Assembly: GCA_964452145.1 (NCBI GenBank) | Contig: CAYVLA010000061.1 | Location: 1 to 19,520, forward strand | Source of the DNA: Candidatus Hadarchaeota archaeon | GTDB taxonomy: Archaea; CAYQAE01; CAYVLA01 | DNA length: 19,520 nt | Reading direction: 5' to 3' | Part shown: positions 1-9,300 of the stretch, in pieces | Layout: the number at the start of each line of letters is the position of its first letter | How positions within the stretch are numbered: position 1 is the stretch's first letter | Notes under the pieces: model-generated | What the model was told of the DNA's origin: nothing | Database searches by the model: none | Seen by the model: only the letters and a program-made list of their open reading frames with translations | Made by a program: the position numbers and the translations under genes

Positions 1-12
1 GGGCTGGGTGGC

Positions 13-27
13 CCATAAATTTATTAG
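13..27 (+). promoter_or_regulatory. Putative archaeal BRE/TATA promoter of the first gene, overlapping a perfect 10-bp palindrome
   Basis: AT-rich island CCATAAATTTATTAG in a GC-rich context. TTTATTA is at 20-26, ~37 nt before ATG 63. ATAAATTTAT (15-24) is self-complementary. A GGTGG SD-like motif lies at 51-55. Confidence 0.55.
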
Positions 28-62
28 GATATCCGCCTTGCGCACGGCTCGGTGGTTCCACG

Positions 63-1514
63 ATGCGTTTGGATGACAGAATCGCCTTCACGGCAGGAGT
101 TGCGCTAGGCGTAGCGATCCTGATGGCCTCCTCGGCCTTCGCGTTGCCCCAGATGAGGGTGAAGTGGACGTTCGATGTGAAACCGATTGTGGAGACCGGC
201 TTCGCATGGACGATCGTCGTGCTGGCAGATCTGAACGGGGACGGTATGCTGGAAACCATCCTAGGAACGGAGAAGGGGGGTAGAATGGTCGCGGTGGGCC
301 CGACCGGGAACCTGCTCTGGGTTTTCCCGCCGGCGGATTCGGACATGGTTCCGCAGCTGATCGCCAAGGCCTTCTCGGTCGATGACCTCGATGGCGACGG
401 CAAGCCAGAAATCGTCTTCGGCTGGGGCGCGGCGCCGAATGGTGCGGTGTTCTGCATCAACTGGGACGGCACGTTGAAGTGGAAGTGGTCGAGTCCCGAG
501 GCCCATTTCAGGTACGGAGGAGCGCTTGCCCGCGACTTCGATGGCGATGGAAAGAAAGAGGTCGTGGTGGCCGGCAGCGATGCCAAGGTGTACATGTTCA
601 CCCACACGGGCGAGCTTAGGTGGGTCTCATTCCTTCCGCCGGGACGTTCCGTCGACAGCATGGTTAACGCCTTCGACATCGACCGTGACGGCCAGATAGA
701 GGTACTGGCCTTTTCGCGATCCTTGGGAGAGGGACCCGGAACGGAGGGCGGCCTTAACGGCGTCTTCTACTGCCTCGACGGCCGAACCGGAATGGAGAAG
801 TGGAGCTGGAGTTCGCCGCTCTGGGTCGACTGGTTGCACAACATGCCCACGATCGCTGATGTCAACGGCGATGGCGAGTATGAGATCGTCTTCGGTCTGT
901 GGAGGCTCGACTCAGGTGCCGATGGCGGAATGGTCGTGATCAGCTTCTACGGAACCGAGGTCGCAAGGAAACATGTGACCGGCAACGTGGCGCACAATGC
1001 TATGCTGGGCGACATCGACGGAGATGGAAAACCCGAGATATTCATGGGCATCAGGGGCGGGCTCTACTACTGCCTTGGACCAGACCTGAAAGAGAAGTGG
1101 GCCTTCAACATCACGAAGGTCATCGGGAAGGTCGCCAGGCCGGTCAACATGGGAGGAGCGTTGGGAGACGTCACTGGGGACGGCAAGATAAACGTGGTCT
1201 TCCAAAGCTGGCAGAACAACAGCATAATAGTCCTAGACAACCAGGGCAAGCTAGCGGCTGAGCCGTACAACCTCAAGGTCGACGCCACGGGCTCTGTTGC
1301 GCTGGGCGACGTCGACAAAGACGGCAAGGTGGACATCGTCGCATTCGCGGGTCCAACCCTCTACTGCCTGACCCTGGATGCGCCCTACAAGGCCGGGACG
1401 ATGGTCTGGCCAATGTACGGAAAGGACGCCGCCAACAGCGGTGTGATCCTCATTCCGGAGACGGCCTTGGGATTGCTGGCTGTGTTGGCCCTGCCCCTTC
1501 TCCGGAAGCGGTAG
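63..1514 (+). CDS. Secreted FG-GAP/VCBS-repeat (PQQ-like) beta-propeller surface protein with PEF-CTERM-like C-terminal sorting signal
   Basis: 483 aa with an N-terminal signal peptide (..AGVALGVAILMASSAFA). Eight Ca-binding DxD/NxDG-type loops: DLNGDG, DLDGDG, DFDGDG, DIDRDG, DVNGDG, DIDGDG, DVTGDG, DVDKDG. Repeated G..KW motifs and a WPMYGKDAANSG closure motif. C-terminus is IPE-TALGLLAVLALPLL-RKR. Confidence 0.88.
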   Translation: MRLDDRIAFTAGVALGVAILMASSAFALPQMRVKWTFDVKPIVETGFAWTIVVLADLNGDGMLETILGTEKGGRMVAVGPTGNLLWVFPPADSDMVPQLIAKAFSVDDLDGDGKPEIVFGWGAAPNGAVFCINWDGTLKWKWSSPEAHFRYGGALARDFDGDGKKEVVVAGSDAKVYMFTHTGELRWVSFLPPGRSVDSMVNAFDIDRDGQIEVLAFSRSLGEGPGTEGGLNGVFYCLDGRTGMEKWSWSSPLWVDWLHNMPTIADVNGDGEYEIVFGLWRLDSGADGGMVVISFYGTEVARKHVTGNVAHNAMLGDIDGDGKPEIFMGIRGGLYYCLGPDLKEKWAFNITKVIGKVARPVNMGGALGDVTGDGKINVVFQSWQNNSIIVLDNQGKLAAEPYNLKVDATGSVALGDVDKDGKVDIVAFAGPTLYCLTLDAPYKAGTMVWPMYGKDAANSGVILIPETALGLLAVLALPLLRKR

Positions 1515-1521
1515 GCCAACA

Positions 1522-1538
1522 CTTTTCTCTTTCCTCCT
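1522..1538 (+). terminator. Possible archaeal-type pyrimidine/oligo-T terminator or pause tract
   Basis: CTTTTCTCTTTCCTCCT begins 8 nt after the stop at 1514. The gap to the next gene is only 43 nt, so read-through is also plausible. Confidence 0.3.
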
Positions 1539-1557
1539 AGCCCGACCTGGTGGTTAG

Positions 1558-2829
1558 ATGACGGAACCAAGCACCCTCGGAAGGGAGTCCTGCTTCGTTG
1601 CGTGGGCATGCGTTCTCATCTTTGGCATCGCTTCCTGTTCCGGCGCCAGGGTATTCACCCAGAGGAACGGCTTGACGGGCGAGATCGCCGCTGTTGTTGC
1701 CGGAAGCCCCGACACAGTATGGGTCTACAGCTACTACCAGATTCCCTCTGGTAGCGGGTACGAAGTCATAGGAGGCGTCAGCGAGTTCAAGGCACTGGGC
1801 AACTGGACTACCTACACCAAGGATGACGGTCTGGCCAGCGCCGTGCTCTATAGCATCGCAATAGATGGTGATTCGGTCTGGTTTGGAACCGCAAACGGGG
1901 CAACCTTGTTCGACAGATCGAAGGGAACCTGGCGGACCTTCAAGACCGAGGATGGCCTCATTTCAAACGATGTACTGTCCGTCGCTACTGGCGCGGACAG
2001 AGTCTGGCTGGGAACCAAGGAGGGCGTGTCCATGTATGACAGGGGATCGGGGAAGTGGAGTTCTTTCACGGAGAAGGACGGGCTCATCTTCAGGTATGTC
2101 AAGGATGTCGCTTTGGATGGCGATGTCGCCTACTTCGCGACGAGCCAGGGACTCGGGAGGTTCGACTCGGCCAAGGGCGACTGGTCCTCGATCACCAAGG
2201 AGAATGGCCTCCGGGACAACATGGTGAACTGCGTGGTGGTTGGCTTCGACTCGATCTGGCTTGGAACGGGAACGGGCGTTTCCCGCCTGGCACGATCGAC
2301 CGGCAGCTGGGCGCACTACGGGGAAAGCGACGGATTGCCCCCGGAAGGCGCATTGGCAGCAGCGGTGGGACCAGATGCTGTCTGGTTTCTTACCCGGAAA
2401 GGTGTGGCAAGATTCGACCCCGCCAAGGAGAAGTGGACGATCTCCGACAAGGGTCTGCCGGCAACCCAGACGAACGACATTGCCACGGGAAAGAGGTATG
2501 TCTGGGTGGCAACGAACAAGGGGTTAGTGCGCCTGGGCGGAGGCGGCCTCTCGACCCTCCACTTTGCATTGCTTGCAGCCGCGGTGTGCATTGTGGTCGG
2601 AGGCACGTACGCAGTAAGGCGCCGCGGACATGGAGAGGTGAAGGTGGATGAGCCGAAGAGGAAGGTGCCTGAACGTCCTCCCCACGTTCTCTGCGGCGGC
2701 AATCCGGCGGCCGAGTACTGCCCACGCTGTAAGTACAACGTTCTCAAGGGCGGTAGTCTGTACTGCAACAAATACGACAAGAAGGTCGACTACGCACACC
2801 CCGGCGGAGACTTGAAGACTGCGCCTTGA
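1558..2829 (+). CDS. Single-pass membrane protein: extracellular two-component-regulator-type (Reg_prop-like) beta-propeller, TM helix, cytoplasmic Cys4 metal-binding tail
   Basis: 423 aa with GGTGG at 1549-1553 and a hydrophobic N-terminus ending in IASC. ~42-aa repeats of the form W..YT.xDGL...V.SIA.DGD.VWFGT..G...FD. TM segment LHFALLAAAVCIVVGGTYAV-RRR (~2557-2625). Tail HxxC-x8-CxxC-x11-C (2683-2766). Confidence 0.85.
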   Translation: MTEPSTLGRESCFVAWACVLIFGIASCSGARVFTQRNGLTGEIAAVVAGSPDTVWVYSYYQIPSGSGYEVIGGVSEFKALGNWTTYTKDDGLASAVLYSIAIDGDSVWFGTANGATLFDRSKGTWRTFKTEDGLISNDVLSVATGADRVWLGTKEGVSMYDRGSGKWSSFTEKDGLIFRYVKDVALDGDVAYFATSQGLGRFDSAKGDWSSITKENGLRDNMVNCVVVGFDSIWLGTGTGVSRLARSTGSWAHYGESDGLPPEGALAAAVGPDAVWFLTRKGVARFDPAKEKWTISDKGLPATQTNDIATGKRYVWVATNKGLVRLGGGGLSTLHFALLAAAVCIVVGGTYAVRRRGHGEVKVDEPKRKVPERPPHVLCGGNPAAEYCPRCKYNVLKGGSLYCNKYDKKVDYAHPGGDLKTAP

Positions 2830-3208
2830 TTCTCTATGCAAAAGGCGACCCAGATCCCACAGATTGAGGGAATGCACAGCTCTTGATCGGCTCCGATGGC
2901 CGCAGACGGATACATCATGGCCCATGCCGATGATCCGAGATACGTTTCCTTCACGGCCAAGTTCGAACGATGCGCGGACCTGGTAGGCTGGGCCAAGATT
3001 CCAAAAGCATCGAGGGTCCCAACCACGATCGTGCTGTGCCTCAGTGGATCAGGCAGCAACCACTCGCCGCCACCACCTCTGCCCTACAAACTGAGGGTAC
3101 TTCCAGCCGATTCCCGGGAGGCACGTGAATGGCAAAAAGCTTCAGCCTCCTCGATGGAGAGACCGTAGGCATGTCCCGAGACGAATCCACCGCGCCAACG
3201 AACGAACG

Positions 3209-3225
3209 CACCAAACCTTTAAGAG
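3209..3225 (+). promoter_or_regulatory. Putative archaeal BRE+TATA promoter for the giant gene
   Basis: CACCAAACCTTTAAGAG has an A-rich BRE-like element followed by TTTAAG (3218-3223), resembling archaeal AAANNTTTAAG promoters. It lies downstream of the ORF-track start (3125), supporting a later true start. Confidence 0.6.
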
Positions 3226-3267
3226 ACTCGGCGTTGTCGAACGGCGCGTTGAACCCGCTACACAGAC

Positions 3268-3372
3268 ATGTCCCGAAGGAGGCGGGGGCCCAAGCGGGCA
3301 GGGCTCCTCCCCTACGTCTCGGCCGCGCTTCCTGGGCAGATCTCCAGAGAGGGGAAGCGTGAGGCCCGCTGA
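3268..3372 (+). promoter_or_regulatory. Structured 5' leader with a 34-codon Arg-rich upstream ORF overlapping the giant gene start
   Basis: ATG 3268 to TGA 3370-3372 encodes [34 protein letters not shown]. Hairpin 1 is GGGGGCCC(3284-3291)/GGGCTCCT(3301-3308). Hairpin 2 is GGCC-GCGCTTCC(3321-3332)/GGAAGCGT-GA-GGCC(3353-3366), which covers GTG 3359. Confidence 0.35.
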
Positions 3373-6300
3373 ACTGCGCCGAGTGTTGCTGACCGTCTTC
3401 CTGATCGGCCAGGTCACCTGTTCCCCTTTGACGCTGGTTGGGCCGAGCTTTCTGATCGCCGCTGACGAGCGAATCCCGGTTATTGGAGAGCCATCCCAGG
3501 TCCAGCGCATTCCCCCGTCCCCGGTCGAGGGAACCATGCCTTCCTCGCAAACATACAACCCTTGGCCGGCACTTCTAGCCCTTGGAGAATCGTCCCACGA
3601 TTGGGATCTCCAGATCGGCGGCGGTTTCGCCCGGGAGCTCGCTTCCGACCCATCGTACGCGAATGTAACCCCCTACCAGGCACTGGAGCTGATCGCATCT
3701 GGGCAGGTTACGCTTCTGGACGTCAGAACGGAGAGCGAATATCGCTCGACCCACATCCCGGGAGCCAAGCTGATACCCGTCCAGGACCTTGGTTCAAGGC
3801 TCGATGAGCTGGACAGAGAGACGGGAGTAGTTGTCTACTGCCAGTATGGAGCAAGGAGCGCCACGGCCAGTGGGATTCTGGTGGCCTACGGATACCGAGG
3901 CGTCTACAACATGCTCGGAGGGATCGCTGCGTGGATGGGAGCTTCCCTGCCCGTCATGGCCGAACCAGATGAAGGGGAATCCTCCACATCACTAGGCTTG
4001 GATCTCATCGATATTCCGAGCGACATGCCAGCTCTCATCCTATTCTATACCGACTGGTGCAGCTTCTGCGGCAAGCAGAAGCCAATCATCGATGAGTTGG
4101 AGAGGAGGTACTCAGGCAGATTGAAGGTTCAGCGAATCAATGCAGACGAGTATCCATGCATCGCCTCCGCCTTCGGAGTGGACGGCTATCCCACAACGTT
4201 CATTGTCCAGAGCGATGGCCAGGGCCGGCCCAAACACGAGGCCTTCAGAGGCTTCACTGTCCTCGACGTCCTTGATGCCGCCCTGGCATCCGCAGTAAGT
4301 GGGTACGCAGCTCCGGGCGGCTCTGGGGAAGACCAAGATACCATTGACGTATCTGGGATCACGGTCGTCGACGGTGCTGATCAGGCCCAGGAGACCGCGA
4401 CCACCTTGGCCGAGCCAGTCGCCTCCCTTGGACAGGGCTCATCGGTGACGCTCACGCCTGTTGCCGATGCATACATCGACTCGGAAGGCCCGGACACCAA
4501 CTACGGGACCATCAATTCTCTGAAGGTTCTTTTCCAGCCATCATCCTGGGTAGGTCGATCCCTGATCCGCTTCAACGTCGCGCAGGACCTTCCCGCAGAA
4601 GCCATCATCGATTCGGCCGATCTGACGCTCTATCTCTACGACTCCGGTGAACTGTCCAGACAGCTTGTGCTGACCGCGCACCTCATTGCAGAGGACTGGG
4701 TGGAATCGGAGGTAACGTACAACACCAAGCCCGGCACCGACCAGCCCGTCGACGCCACCACGATCAGCACCTCTCTTGGGTACAAGACGTTCGATATCAC
4801 CGATATCGTGAAGGCGTGGCACAACGCTCCCCACTATGGCCTTGAGCTGCGGGGGCCTGAGTACGAGACCCAGTTTGACCTGTCATTCTACAGCCGCCAC
4901 GACAGGCAGCAGGGCAGGCGGCCGACCCTAGTCATCACATACCACCTCCCGCCCCCTCCGGATAGCGATGGCGATGGTGTCCCCGACCAAGGCGACAACT
5001 GCCCATACAACTATAACCCTGACCAGATCGACTCCGACGCCGACGGACTTGGCGACGCGTGCGACAACTGCCCCGTCACTCCCAACCTCGATCAGGCCGA
5101 TGCAGATCACGACGGAATCGGAGATCCCTGCGACAACTGCCCATACAGCTACAACACCAACCAGAACGACGCCGATGAAGACGGACTGGGTGATGCCTGC
5201 GACAACTGTCCCATGGATCCCGAGAACGATGCCGACCAGGACGGGGTATGCGGCAATCTTGACAACTGCCCCTATGTGTTCAACCCCCTTCAGGAGGATT
5301 CTGACGGAAACGGAATAGGGGATGCATGCCAGGCCATAGAGGATTCGGACGGGGATGGGGTGCCCAATCACAAGGACAACTGCCCGTTCGTGCCCAACTC
5401 CGATCAGACCGACTCCGATGGTGACGGACTTGGCGACGCGTGCGACAACTGCCCCACAGCACCAAACCCGGGCCAAGACGACCTCGACGATGATGGCGTG
5501 GGAAATGTCTGCGACAACTGCCCCACAACGCCGAATCCGGGCCAAGACGACGATGATCAAGACGGCGTGGGCGATGCCTGCCAATCCGCACCGCGGATTC
5601 GGATGGATACGGAAGGGGGAAAACCATGCGGCGAAGTCGGGGTGTGGGTGAGGGTGGAGGGACTGGGATTTCCGCCCGGCGCGGCTGTCTGCCTCACACT
5701 GGGGGGCATAGTTGTTGCCGAATTCGCCTCGGAACCTGACGGTAGTTTTCTGGTCGCCTTCCAAGTCCCCTCCCTCCCTGACGGCCAGTACACCGTCGCG
5801 GCCCTCGTAGACGGCCCCGATGCCACCACCCCGTTCAGCATTCCCTGCGGATGCGTACATCCACGCGACAATCTATACATCAACCAGGACACCACCCTGT
5901 GCCCGGGGTACTACACGATCCCGGATCCTGGGATGGACGGCGTCATCGTGATCAATGCCAGCAACATCGTGCTGGACGGCGCGGGCGCCGTGATAGTGGG
6001 CTCCGGCTCGGGCTACGGCATCATCAACCCAGGCTACGGCGAGGTGAGGATAGAGCACTGCGACATAAGGAACTACACGGCCGCGATCAGCCTGCAGGGG
6101 TATATCGATCCCCTCGGGGTCCCCCATTACTCTCACTCCAACTTCATCGAAAACAACCACCTATCCATGAACGAGGTGGGCATCGATCTGGCCAGCATGT
6201 CATCCAGCAACGTCATCCAGCACAATACCGCCCTCTCCAACCAGCATGGCATCCGGCTTCAGGGTTCCAGCCTCAATTCCCTTCACCACAACACCGCAAG

Positions 6301-9300
6301 CTTCAACGCCGCGAACGGCATCCTCCTTGAACCCGGCTCCAACGCCAACACAATCGTTGACAGCATTCTGAATTCCAACCAGGGCTGCGGCCTTGAGCTG
6401 CGCAGCATAGGCAACTTGCTTGCTAACAACACGGCCGTATCCAACAGCCTTAGCGGGTACCGCCTGACCTCGGCCTTCGACAACACGCTGGTCAACAACA
6501 CGGCCCGCTCAAACCATGCAGCCGGCTTCCAGCTCGGCAATTCTCACTACAACAACCTGACCGGCAACAGGGCTTTGGCGAATGAGTACGGCATCCAGCT
6601 GCAGCAATCATACAACAACGCCGTCGAGCGAAACACTGCCTGCTCGAACAGCTTCGACTTCTTCGGCAATTCCCAGTACAACGATGCCGACGATAACGCC
6701 TGCGACAAGGTCGAGGGCTGGAGGGATGAGGGACAGGCCTACGGTTGCGACTACAGATGCACGGGGTGCAGGAAGCTGGAGGACAACACCTACATCAACG
6801 AGGACACTGTCATCTGTCCGGACACATACCACATAGCTGACGGCGATAACAACGGGGTCATAATCATCAATGCCAGCAGCGTGACCCTGGATTGTTCCGG
6901 CTCGATGCTCGTCGGCAACCTGCAGGGATACGGCATAGTCAACATCGGGCACCACAACGTGACCATCAAGGGCTGCAAGCTGTCCCTCTATGGCTTTGGT
7001 ATCGGCGTCCTCGCCTCCCGCAACACCACGCTGGCGAACAACTCGCTGATGCTCAACATCGGGGCGGGGATGGCCATCGCGGATTCCAGCGGTACCATCA
7101 TCGCCAACTCCTCCTTCACCCTCAACAACAAGGGCGTCTACATGCAGAACGCCACGGACAGCCTGCTGGTCGGCAACAGGATGCTCCTCAACGCCGAGGG
7201 GGCGGAGTTCTACCTCGGCTCGGGCAACACGCTTGTCGAAAACCAGGCGGTCGGCAACTGGGACCACGGCTTCAGGGTTCTGGGATCAGCCAATGTTTAC
7301 GTGGTGAACAACTCCGCCGTGCTCAACGACAAGGGCATCGGCCTGTACGGATCCACGAACGCTTGTGTCCTTGGCAACACCGTCGCCTCAAGCGTGGCGC
7401 ACGGGATCTTTCTGGACCTGTGCCACCACTGCGATGTGCTGGGCAACGCGGTTGATTCAAACCTCATCGGTGTCGCCCTGCGTGCCTCAAGTCACAGCAC
7501 CGTCACGGGCACATTCCGAAACAATACCATGGCCATCGCCCTGATCAACTCGGAGGAGAACGCCGTGGTCGGGAACCGCATCCTCAACACGAAGGCCTAC
7601 GGCATATCCCTCGTCTCGTCCGGCAACAACTCGCTTCAAGACAACCTTGTCGTGAAGGTCGGCGACGTGGGATTCCGGTTCTCGGGTGAGGAGTCCTACT
7701 ACAACGATTTCCGGAACAACACCGTGAACGGGGATCTCTACCTTCACTACGTGAACGAGGTCAATCCGACGATCGCAGGCCTCCATCTTTCGGCACAGAA
7801 CGTCAGCAACTTAGGCAAGATCTCCGTCATCAACTCCACCGGCGCAATCCTTGAGGACCTGACGCTGACCAACGGCAGCAAGGGGGCGGGGCTCTTCCTA
7901 CACCGGACCAACCTCACCTCGATCCAGAACGTGACCACCATGTACAACGCCTACGGCATCTGGATCGATGCTTCCAGCCAGGTAGACATCGACAAGACCG
8001 TCACCGACCAGAACAGCCACGGCATCCTGCTCTCCAACTCCACCCGGATCGAGCTGCGGCATCTGTCGGCCAAGTCGAACAACCAGGCCATAATCCTGAA
8101 CAATTCCAGAAACGTTCTGATGGAGATGGTCAACTCGACCGACAACTATGATGGCATCATGATCCACCGTGGTGGGGACAACCTTCTGAAGGACGTAACG
8201 GCCCGCGGTAACTTCAACGGGCTGAGCATATACGGCTCGTCCAACAACACGCTGACCAAGGTCTCCATCATCGACAACAAGGTGGGTGCAAGCCTCTCCG
8301 AGGCATCGGAGTGTGTGGCATACGGCGCAGCATTCCTGAACTCCTCGCTCTTCGACCTGTATCTATCCGGCAGTTCGGAGGCTCGTCTTCATGGAATAAC
8401 GATCAACGGCGTGAAAATGTCCCTTCACGGCAGGGACTTCTCGATTCGGCCGTCCAAGACCCCGCCGCCGGCCGATCCGAGGGGTTTCCTGGAGAGGCTT
8501 CCGTCCAAGTACGACTGGGACATAGACTCCACGGGATTCCTAGCATTCCTCAACATCGCTCTGTTCTACAGCCCCAAAGATCTTGGTGATGCAAAAGAGC
8601 AGACCCTGGGCCTGTACAGATACCTGCCAAACTATCAGGACGGGAAGGGCATCTGGGAGCTGGCATGGCCAACGGAGGTCAGGACCGACCAGGACGTAGT
8701 GGTCGCCAACATCACGACCTTGGGCAGCATCTTCGCCCCACAGGGGGTCAGCGTGCCGATAAAAGTCGTGTACGACAAGAAGGATCCCCCGTGCATGATG
8801 GGGACCGATCTCTTCGACTCGATCCAGAAGGCGGTGGACTCGTCCAAGGCCGGCGACAGGATCATAGTCTGTCCAGGCACCTACACGGAAAACGTGGTGG
8901 TCCCGGTGGCCGTTGACATCCGGCCCTATCTGAAGGAGAAGAAGGTGTGGACCACCCTCTGCCACTTTGGCGAGTGTTCCAGCATCGCCCTCTACCAGCC
9001 CACCGTCGTGCAGGCCTCCAAGGCCGGCCCAGTCTTTGACATAACCTCCAATGGGGTGAACCTATCCGGGCTGAAGATCTCGGGGAATGCCCAGTCAAGC
9101 GGCATCCGGATCAAGGCCAGCGGGGTCAGCATCACCGATGTCACCGTCACGGGCCATGCCCAGGGCATCATCCTCGACACCGCCGAGTCCAACATCATCA
9201 TTGGGAACCACATCCTACAGAACGACTACGGCATCGACATCTCCTACTCGAAGGCCAATACCGTTCAGGGCAATGACATTCAGTCAAACAAGTACGACGG

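Noticed and set aside
63..1514. Calling the first gene a PQQ dehydrogenase, BamB or rhamnogalacturonan lyase
   Set aside because: Only generic propeller and Ca-loop motifs are visible, with no family-specific catalytic signature.
2896..3168. 90-aa ORF (MAADGYIMAHADDPRY...) in the spacer; AHADD resembles the PIG-L/LmbE AHxDD motif
   Set aside because: There is no clear SD, the residues expected after the motif are absent, and the second half is low-complexity. A decayed gene fragment cannot be excluded without a tBLASTn/BLASTx search.
3125..3358. ORF-track start of the giant protein at GTG 3125
   Set aside because: The extra 78 codons are Arg/Pro/Gly-rich, contain the TATA-like motif and would bury the signal peptide. 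GTG 3359 fits better, though it is not proven.
4961..5581. Regularly spaced GACAACTGCCC repeats resembling a CRISPR array
   Set aside because: The repeats are in-frame DNCP codons with synonymous variation, the 'spacers' are mutually homologous, and no cas genes are present.
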